64,000 nucleotides of DNA, taken from contig OX597815.1 of assembly GCA_951406725.2 (NCBI GenBank), forward strand, positions 16,058,001-16,122,000, read 5' to 3'. The notes beneath the pieces were generated by a model. The model was not told the origin of the DNA. It saw only the letters and a program-made list of their open reading frames with translations, and did no database searches. This DNA comes from Octopus vulgaris. Lineage: Eukaryota. A program made the position numbers and the translations under genes. Below are positions 53,376-64,000 of this stretch, piece by piece. How positions within the stretch are numbered: the first letter of the stretch is position 1; the number at the start of each line of letters is the position of its first letter.

Positions 53376-53775
53376 GGAGTGGCTATGTGGTAAGTAGCTT
53401 GCTTACAAACAACATGGTTCTGGGTTCAGTCCCACTGCATGGCACCTTGGGCAAGTGTCTTCTACTATAGCCTCGGGCCGACCAAAGCCTTGTGAGTGGA
53501 TTTGGTAGACGGAAACTGAAAGAAGCCCGTTGTATATATGGATATATGTGTGTGTATGTGTATGTTTGTGTGTCTGTGTTTGCCCCCACAACATCACTTG
53601 ACAACCGATGCTGGTGTGTTTACGTCCCCGTAACTTAGTGGTTCGGCAAAAGAGACCGATAGAATAAGTACTAGGCTTAAAAAGAATAAGTCCTGGGGTC
53701 GACTTGCTCGACTAAAGGCAGTGCTCCAGCATGGCCACAGTCAAATGACTGAAACAAGTAAAAGAGAAAGAGAAA
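53376..53775 (+). mobile_element. SINE family A inserted in an RTE ORF
   Basis: Similar to 1801-2242. Confidence 0.85.
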
Positions 53776-54660
53776 GAGAGATCAACAAAAACCTCTCTAT
53801 TTTGTTTTCAATGACCTCAAAAAGGCTTTTGATACCATCCCAAGGCCTGCAATGTGGAAGGTCCATCAACACTTTCACAGCCCTGATCAGTTCATTTCCT
53901 TAGTACAGGGAGCACATGACAGTATGACTGGAACCATCTTCCATCAAAACCAATTGTCTGAAGACTTCCCCATCACTGGAGGATTAAAACAAGGATGCAT
54001 TCGTTTTGGCCCTGCTACTCTTCTCCCTGTACCTTGCAGCAATGTTTCATGAACTGCCTTCAGACAATCCAGGAGTCAACAGTGAGGGATGCTTCAACCA
54101 TGCAGATTGAAGTCATGAAAACTGACCAAGAAGCAAAAGATCACTGAACTTTAGTGTGCTGATGACAACACAGCTGTTTTCCACTGCAGTGGACAACTTC
54201 AACAATCGGTGAATAACTTCACCAATGCTTACACATGGTCTGGACTAAAAGTCAACATTAAAAAGACAAAAATTCTGGCTCAACCCATTCTGAGTCAGGA
54301 AACTCCAGATCTCAACATAACTATCTCAGAGATGCCGCTGGAGAAAGTCAACCGCTTTTCATACTTAGGAAGTTTGCTTTTGAATAAGTGCACATTGGAA
54401 AATGACATGGAGAACCGATTAAGAGCGGCTCACATTGCATTTGGTGGACTCGTAAAAAGAGTCTTTAAGAACAAATATCTGAACCACACAAAAAAAAAAT
54501 TGAATGTCTACTAAGCAGTTGTGATGTCTGCTCTCCTCTACAGTTCTGAAACCTGGACTCCTTACTGAAGTGATGTCATGAAACTAAAGTGATCTCACCA
54601 ACAGAAGCGTCACTCTATTTTGAATATCAAATGGAGTGACTATGTGACATCAGTCACATA

Positions 54661-54888
54661 GGCAAGCTGGCAGAACTGTTAGCATGCCAGGTGAAATGCA
54701 TAGCCGTATTTCGTCTGCTGTTACGTTCTGAGTTCAAATTCTGCCAAGGTCGACTTTGCCTTTCATCCTTTCGGGGCCGATAAATTAAGTACCAGTTATG
54801 CACTGGGGTCGATGTAATCGACTTAATTCGTTTGTCTGTCCTTGTTTGTCCTCTCTGTGTTTAGCCTCTTGTGGGTAATAAAGAAACA
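54661..54888 (+). mobile_element. SINE family C
   Basis: Reverse-complement match to 24254-24670. Confidence 0.85.
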
Positions 54889-55985
54889 TATGTGACTGAT
54901 GTCTGTGTTTTGGAAAGAATGAAAAGCAGCAGCCACCATCCTGAAACATCATCTGAGACAGGAAGGCCATGTAGCAAGAATGAAAGAAACCAGGCTGCCT
55001 AATCACATTTTATATGGTGAACTTTCCACCTCTGTGGTTGTCCCCTCTGTTGATACAAGGACCAGCTGAAGCAAAGCCTAAAACTGACTGGAATTGATCC
55101 CAAGGCCTGGGTCATTGAAGCTCAGGATAGGCGTAGCTGGCATCATTCCATCTCCACTGTGACAGACCATTTTAATGTTGAATGACGACATAGGAAAGAA
55201 GCAGAGAAACAACAAGAAAGGAAATGGAGGATACAATAACCGAAGCCTCCACCATGGATCTCTTGTGAACTTTGCAATAGATGGTTCCATGCAAGAATCA
55301 GCCTCATTGGTCATCAGAGGCATAAACATGGACAGAGGGGAAGAAGCAATAAAAAAAAAGCCAAATAAATTATTGGACATACGATAAAACACTGCCGCTG
55401 CTGATATATATATATATATATAGGCACAGGTATGGCTGTATGGTAAGAAGCTTGCTTCCGTACATGTGTCTCCCAGAGTGCATTTGGTTTGTCGTTCGTG
55501 TGCAAGTTGGACGTTTTTTTTTGCTGCTTTGAGGGTAGAGATGATGTACTCAGACTTTAGCGGGTCTGACTTATCTTCAGGAGAGGAGGAGCCTGTAAGG
55601 GCAGTCATAAAGATGGACAGAGTATTGGAGAAGACAAGGAGTTTTGCTGAGGCCATGGAGATGAACCAAAGGGAGTTGGACTTGGCTGGTCTGAAGGAGT
55701 CTGAGAAGATGGTACAGAAGATAGGAGGTGACGTGAGGTTGTTACCTCCCAAAGGAATTATGGAGCAGATGGAGAGAAAAATGATCACCTATAAGGTGTT
55801 CTCGTTAAAAGGAAAAAAGGTCGAGCAGGTGGAAGCTGAAATGGAAAAGGCACTAAGGGAGCGGTCAAAGGAAATAATATACATAATCAAAAGAAGGAGA
55901 TATGGGACAATGGTCATCCAATTTAAGAGAGTAGAGGAGGCAAGTATGGCAGTGAAAACAGAAGTAGTGCTTCTGCCCACATACC

Positions 55986-56588
<603 letters not shown>

Positions 56589-56929
56589 ATACCTTGGAAG
56601 AAAGACTTCCAAGATAAGGGTAGAAGCAATCCCACCTGACACAGAACTGGCTTGGGTGGCAGCAGCTGTCCTTGCTGGAAGTGAAGAGAAAGTGGCTGTC
56701 CTTCAAGCCACAGAAATGGAAGGAGATTTTCTCCCCTCCATACACACGCAAGCATGTATCTGACTCATACACTGTTTGCTTTCCAGATATTTGTACATTA
56801 CTGCATATGCTTTATACACACTTTTGACAAGTTGTGGTGCACCTGAGCACTGTATACAATAATTTCATTATTATTATTATTATTATCATCATCATTATTA
56901 TTTATTATATACCATTCCACAAAAATACC

Positions 56930-58170
56930 TGAGTAAACTCACGGAACTATTGGAAATTCGTGGAAAAAATAAAACAATAGGAAATTGACGTTTCGAGAGT
57001 GACTTCTCGTCTAAAGATGAATTTTTTTTTTTTTTATATATTTGGAACAGTTAACACAACATAATAAGTATCGCGTATTAGAGAAAATGTATCGCGTATT
57101 TGTAACAACAAATCACTCTGCGTTACTACTTTCATTCGGTACTTTGGCCGCTTTCATATGTGGTGTTGAATTGTGTGGACGTCACACTAACACAATCAGA
57201 TAATTTCGTAAGGTTGAGTGTGAAATGGATGACGGGAAGACTTTTGTCCACCATCAATTGAATCGGTAACGAAGTATAGGCGCAAGCTGTGAAAAATACT
57301 TATATGTTTTGCTCTCAGCTAGAGGAACGATGAAGCACAAAAACCAGACACCGAGTTGTCAATGTAAGGAGAATATTTTAACACGTCACATAAAGTGCAT
57401 TGTTTGTTGTTAGTCTTAGGTCAGCCATGATCGAACAAGAGACCTATGAGAAAGATATCTCAATTACGAAAATCTCGTCCCTTTTTTTCGAGACAGCGTG
57501 CCTTCGATTACATTATTTAGTGTAGTTCCTTTTTTAAGGACGATATAGTGTGATACGAAGGTATTTTGATTGCTATTTCTTGTAGATCGAATGACTACGT
57601 AGAAAATCTCTTGTATTTGCTGTTTCTCTTAGTAACAAGTGTTTACATCTGAGAAATGTGTATTGTTGGAACTAAACTGATTGGAGGAAAACACACATTC
57701 AATAATGGGCAAGAGAAATTTCCTATTTTTATATAGCGTGTTGTGCTGAATGCGCTAGTTGTATTTTAAACCTTTATTAAGGGATAAGTATTGATCTATT
57801 CTTCGCGTAGCTCTATTTGTTGGATTGTGGACATGTTGGGGGGGCAACGTCTTTATGTTTTTTGATCATATCGATTTCCAGTCTACGTCTGGTATTACTA
57901 ATCGATTACTTTTAATCGAACGTCCAGATGACCGCTTGACGTTAAGGGACGTAATTCCTTATCTATTCGACGAAACATTTGTTTGACGCACCAATTTTAC
58001 AGCGATACACACACACATACGTATATAAGTTTCTGTCGCCCACAAAGCAGTGGTCAAGTTATACGGCAGCAGGATGGAACCTAGAACCACATAATTGAAC
58101 CATTCTCTTGAACACACTGCCATACATGTATATTACACACACACACATATATGAACATAAATATGTATAC

Positions 58171-58204
<34 letters not shown>

Positions 58205-59350
58205 GTGTGTGTGTGTATTTAAGGGTAACGTCCCTTGAAGCGGGAACGCCATTACATATTCGAAAATGTTATTAATTTATTAAATGTTTATTTATGAGAA
58301 ATAAAATTGCATAAAAATGCAAAGTAAATAGTTTGGTAAACTCCCGAAATAACTACCGACATATTAGACCGGTAAATCAATAATAAAATAGCAGACACAA
58401 CATAAATGTTGGACTCCAACTCAGTAAGCTTTGACCGGAAGTTGATAAATCTGACTTGGAAGAATAAAATAATGGCCATATTTTTACGGAATCCCATAAC
58501 CGACATAAAAGTTTTTGTTGGGGACGGATCAATGAAGTGAAAAATTCGAAATTTTCGTAACAAACAGCAATGACGTAATGAAAGTCAGCCTTCGAAATTT
58601 CACGTGACGGCATTAATTCAAGATGTAGCTTTGTAATAATTATTTAGCTGCCCTTTAGTATTTCTTCTGCGATTCGATTATTTCTCTTACGATCTACCAT
58701 AAAGGTGTAATTCATGAAATTTCATAATCGGTCGCTACGCCATTTTTTTCCATCTTAATGTTATCAGTTGCTTACATTGCAATGGTAATATGTCATGCTA
58801 GGCAGATGTTATTCAATACATAAATAAGCCGCTGGCTTACAGCCATGTCTCTTATACAAGGTATTTATATTCCAAATTCTCTCTCCTTTTCCTTTGCTAG
58901 ATTTTCTTGCAGTACTTTGTGATGATATGTTTTTTTTTGTTGCTCTCTCGCCCGGAAGCCGACAACCTGGATGAAATGTATTTAGATTGATTTCAGAAAT
59001 GAGGGATCGATTCGTAATACAAAAGACTATTCAGACTGAACCCTTAGTTTGTGCCCACTCGTCACCGTTCCATTTGTCCACATAAATATGTACATCTTTC
59101 CATTAGAAGATTTGCTATTTCTTCAACGTTTCTTCAGAATACTTCAACCTACTACATTTTTTTGTTGGAATTTTATTAAAACCTCTTTGCTGTAAATCTC
59201 TTTTTTCTGCTTTTATCTCCCCACACGGTTATTGTTTGGTCTTCACTTTTTGTAATAAGGTGAACGAGCCATTTTTAATTGTTGTCAAAGGCTGACCCCC
59301 ACCAAGTCTTATTTATTTCTTCCTATCTAAACACGATAGCAGTTTAGTCA
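56930..59350. promoter_or_regulatory. CpG-retaining, repeat-poor region; candidate promoter of a neighbouring gene
   Basis: Visibly more CpG than the gene body. ETS-like CCGGAAG (about 58435 and 58952), CRE-like TGACGT, E-box CACGTG, YY1-like CGCCATTTT (about 58738). Confidence 0.4.
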
Positions 59351-60082
59351 GGGAAAACCATTGTATACATCTAAAGGCATATATATATATAAGGAACTGC
59401 CCAGGTTTTTTTCGAAATTTTCTTCTCCTCCCTCTCAATCCTTCCAATTCAGCTGATGGCTTTAGGCACAAAAAGAAACCACTTCTCACACCAATAGACT
59501 TATAGCTTATTAGTTTAGCTAAAAAATACTAAATATATTAGAGCAGTTGCATATGTAGTATCAATCAGAAGATGTACATCAAAGTCTGCTGCTGGGCCAT
59601 CTTAACATTTTAAAATTATACTCAATTGTAACAACCTACAACAATTAGCCTTTAGTTTGCACGTCTCTGTACGTATGTATAAATCATAAATTATGTGTAT
59701 TATTTATACACATGTATACACACACGTGTGTGTATATAATCCTTTTATTTTTTTAAGGTAGGTTTTTCCCCACCTGCAATGGCAATCTGCTCTCTGTTGC
59801 CAGCATGGCCAGGGACTATTTTCGCATAGTTGTTACCCACCTACATTTATTTTAGTATCATTGTTCTAATGTTAGAAAATGGTTATTTAAACCATCTTGA
59901 TCTCTCTCTTGTTTCTTGTTTCTTTCTGTCTCCTTCGCACGTACGCTTGTAGGTATGTAGACATGTATGTATAAACTATTTTAATTTTCGTTATTTATTC
60001 GTAAATATGTGTAACTGGTATATTAACCAAAAGAAGAAAAAAAATGCAAGGAAAATTTACATATATGCCATAATGCAAATAC

Positions 60083-60124
<42 letters not shown>

Positions 60125-60234
60125 CACCGTGACCGACCAGGCTATCAGATGTTGTTACACATCGCTGGTCACAATGCGCTTCGTATTGTTTTAGCCTTCA
60201 AATGACGCCACCCCGCTGGTTAAGCGAGCAGGCC

Positions 60235-60267
<33 letters not shown>

Positions 60268-61024
60268 ATAGGCGCGCGCATATATATATATATATATGAA
60301 TGCATGTTTTTGTGTATATATGTATTTCGGGTGATTTCAGGTTCTGCCTTACTGTGCATCATTTGGGCCAGAGTTAAAGCCGTTTGAATGGAATTGGTAG
60401 ATGAAAACTGGAAGAAGCCTGTCTTGAGTCCTTAACTCCTGATGGAGTAGTTAGAGGAACCTTCATAACATGCGGCGTATCGTTTTTATATCTGGCAGAG
60501 CCTGTACCCCCCTTACGATCTGTTTTTTTTTACCAGATAGCTAAGGAGAGAAGGATCATTTTCAGTAGAAAACTGATATGCCCCGCCTCCACTCTTTTGG
60601 GAGGATGGAAGGCAAAGTTGACCTCGAAGGTATTTGAACTCAGAATGCTGAAAACTGGAATGACTACTGCAAGGCTATTAAATTTATCCGATTCAGAGAC
60701 GATTCTGCCAATTAGCTTTATATAAACGTGGCTGTGAGGTTATCTTTGCTCTCCAACATCGTGATTTCAGTTCAATCCCACTGCATGTCATCTTCGGCAA
60801 GAGTCTTCTGCTATGGTCCCAAACCTTGTGACTGGATTTGCTGGATGGAAACTAAATGAAACCTGTAATATATATATTACACTCATGGAGTGGTTGGCGT
60901 TAGGAAGGGCATCCAGCCGTAGAAACATTGCCTGGTGCAGCCTTCTGGCTTCCCAGACCCCAGTTGAACCGTCCAACCCATGCTAGCATGGAAAGCGGAC
61001 GCTAAACGATGATGATGATGATGA

Positions 61025-61067
<43 letters not shown>

Positions 61068-61068
<1 letters not shown>

Positions 61069-62311
61069 CAGGTCATCCCATAAGTTCTGTCCGATTTTAC
61101 CTTTTTTAAAATTGAATGAAATTTAATAGCATTTTAGAATGTCTAATGGAATTAAAAATTATTTTTATGCATTTGTGTACATTTAAACTAATTAGATATT
61201 ATTTTACAGAATAATAGAATTAAAATTTCTTTGATTAAAACCCTTTCTAACATAGAAGTATCCAAAGAGCATTTGAGGCACAGAATGCTTTATGAGTACA
61301 AAAAAGGAAACTCTACAGTCGAAGCGACTTGAGATATACACTCAGTTTATGGGAAAGAATGCTTGAATGAAAGAACTTGCAGAAGATGGTTTGCAAAATT
61401 CAGAAGTGGAGATTTCAGCCTTGAAGATAAAGATCGAACAGGATGTCCAGTTGAGTTTGATGATAAATAAGCTCTTTGAGGCATTACTTGAAGAAAATCC
61501 TGCATTATCAATTGAAGAATTGGCAATAAAGCTTTGTTCAAACCATACAACTGTTCATCGTCATCTTCAACTTGGAAAGGTTCCTGAACTTGGAAAATGG
61601 GTGCCTCAGGAATTGTCCGAAAGCAATCGCATCTGCTCTTCTCTCCATTCTTGTGAACTCATTTCGCCCTTTTTGGATAGACTTGTGACGAAAAATGGAT
61701 CTTCTATCGAAATGTCAAACACCGTAAACATTGTCTTGGTAATAAGGAAAAAAACTCAACCACGACCGAGAAGGGGACTTCATGGGGAAAAGGTTCTTCT
61801 CTCTATCTGGTGGGATTGCAAAGGAGTAATTCACTTTGAATTGTTACCAATGCAACAATCAATGCTCAAGTCTACTGTCAGCAATTAGAGCGTTTGAACC
61901 AAGCTTTGAAGAAAAAAAAGACCCGCTTTGGTGAATCGAAAAGGAGTGATGTTTCATCAGGACAAAGATCACATCACAGAAGATCGAAGAGCTTGGTTGG
62001 GAAAAAATTCCTCATCCACCTTATTCTCCTGACCTTGCTCCTTCAGACTACCATTTGTTTCGTAGTTTATAGAATCATTTGGGGGACATAAATTTGCAAG
62101 CCAGGAGGAGTTTGAAACTGACATTTCAGAGTTCTTCGCTTTGAAATCAAAAGAGTTTCACATTGATGGGAGTAAAAAGCTTGTAAATAGATGGAAGGAA
62201 GCCATAGATAATCAGGGAAAGTACATTGATAATTAAATTTCAATTAAATATAACATTTGATCAGTTGTTTTCTTTATTCAAAATTTGGACAGAACTTATG
62301 GGATGACCTGA
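61068..62311 (+). mobile_element. Full-length, inactive mariner transposon (1244 bp)
   Basis: TIRs TCAGGTCATCCCATAAGTTCTGTCC with TA flanks. Motifs WVPQEL, VLLSIWWD and HPPYSPDLAPSDY. Several stops and frameshifts. Confidence 0.93.
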
Positions 62312-63520
62312 TATATGCTTTCATTCTTTTACTTGTTTCAGTCATTTGACTGTGGCCATACTGGGACATTGCCTTTAGCCAAACAAATCGACCCCTGAAC
62401 TTATTGGGGGGACAGACACACATAAATATATACCTATATATGTATGTATATATATATATATATATATATAACATATGGTATAATTATTAACAGGGCAAAT
62501 TTTAGTCATTTCTCTGCAGACTGAAAAATGCTGCACAACCTTAATTGAGTTTTGGACTTTATTGGGTTTTCATCTAAGGTGTCCACATCATTTTGATAAT
62601 CTCCAGAGAAACAAGCAACCAAACTGTTTATATACTGAACAATGCAGCAACATATAGATGTAGGAGTGGTTATGTGGTAAGAAGCTTGCTTCCCAACCAA
62701 ATGGTGCCAGGTTCAGTTCCACTGCGTGGCCCCTTGGGGAATTGTCTTCTGCTGTAGCCTTAGGCCAACCAAAGCCTTACAAGTGAATTTGGTAGATGGA
62801 AACTGAAAGAAGCCTGTCATATATATAGGTATATATTTGTGTGTCCGTCCCCCCAATAAGTTCTGGGGTCAATTTGTTCGGCTAAAAGCAAACACACACA
62901 CACACACATAGATATACATATATATAATTGAGATTCAGTTGAATTAGGTACTTAAGTTGAAGCACCAACTCACTCTGGTCATATCCAAACAGCTCAAAGT
63001 AAAGTAAATAAAATCAAAATTAGGAACAGGATATCAGGTAGTGATGCAGTATGAACATTTCAAGCAGTTTCATTTAATTGAACAATGCAATCATTACATC
63101 AATTTAAGTGTAGTGCCATCTTCAGCTGCACAAACAAATAGATAGAATTTTAACCAGTAGGAGACACTAATATAATTTTCTCAAATGTTTTAACAGAACA
63201 AGAAGATGGAGGAAATTGACCTCGCTATTGTAGCTAAGAATAAACTACACTTCCAAGAATTGCATTAACCCTATTGGGGCCATAATATTGTTCAATTAAA
63301 TGGAGCTGATTGAAACGGTTGTACTGCATCACTACTTGATATCCAGATGCTTATTATGATTATACATACATAAATAGATATATGCATCTGTATATATATA
63401 TGTGTATATGCATATATGTATATGCATATATGTATATACATGTGTATATATATATGTATATATATATATGTGCATATAAAGGTACGCATATACATGTGTA
63501 TATATGTATATACATATGTG

Positions 63521-63553
<33 letters not shown>

Positions 63554-63571
63554 ATATGTGTATATGCATAT

Positions 63572-63756
63572 ATCATCATCATCATCGTTTAACGTCCGTT
63601 CTCCATGCTAGCATGGGTTGGACGGTTCGACCGGGGATCTGGGAAGCCAGAAGGCTGCACCAGGCTCCAGTCTTATCTGGCAATGTTTCTACAGCTGGAT
63701 GCCCTTCCTAACGCCAACCACTCCGTGAGTGTAGTGGGTGTTTTTTACGTGCCACC
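63572..63756 (-). mobile_element. RTE 3' tail flanked by a duplication longer than 100 bp
   Basis: Sequence starting at 63417 recurs from 63757, including the distinctive core GTGCATATAAAGGTACGCATATAC. Confidence 0.8.
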
Positions 63757-64000
63757 TGTATATGCATATATGTATATACATGTGTATATATATATGTATA
63801 TATATATATATGTGCATATAAAGGTACGCATATACATGTGTATATATGTATATACATATGTGTATATATATATATATATATACATATGTGTATATATATA
63901 TATATGTGTGTGTATATATGTATATACATATGTTTATATATGTATATACATATGTTTATATATGTATATACATATGTTTATATATGTATATACATGTGTG

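Larger units (their letters stand above)
53195..55330 (+). mobile_element. Degenerate RTE (BovB-like) LINE RT region, interrupted by two SINEs
   Basis: TTDMMFCARQIQEK, DLKKAFD, GLKQGC, GLKVNIKKTK and FSYLGS. Confidence 0.82.

Noticed and set aside
55078-55788. 236-aa minus-strand ORF
   Set aside because: Antisense to RTE, SINE and ORF1-like remnants, and crosses element boundaries.
56982-57022. Minus-strand uAGACGA..GAAACGUC hammerhead-like motif
   Set aside because: Core is mutated and stem I cannot form. Too weak to call.

Overview
AT-rich, repeat-dense eukaryotic DNA. The SINE/LINE repertoire and (TA)n/(CA)n/(GAT)n tracts suggest an octopus-like cephalopod (inference). One protein-coding gene can be reconstructed on the + strand from six phase-compatible GT-AG exons (4913-4942, 26731-27055, 33858-34004, 36197-36729, 40467-40627, 44669-44849; 1377 nt, 458 aa). 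It resembles the cilia/flagella protein CCDC181 and has tandem RFX X-box-like motifs upstream. The rest is nested transposon debris: three tRNA-derived SINE families, RTE and CR1 LINE fragments, Penelope-like elements (PLE), a solo LTR, three Helitron-type elements, mariner, pogo-like and hAT elements, and several long foldback hairpins. Most notable: (i) minimal type I hammerhead ribozyme motifs, one nearly intact and some at the apex of palindromic elements; (ii) a histone H3-SINE chimeric retrocopy not shown by the ORF track; (iii) RTE insertions with very long target-site duplications (TSDs); (iv) Helitrons carrying a piece of a hairpin element found nearby. There is a 100-N gap at 20646-20745. 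Everything was read by eye, and repeat boundaries are approximate unless a TSD or TIR is stated.
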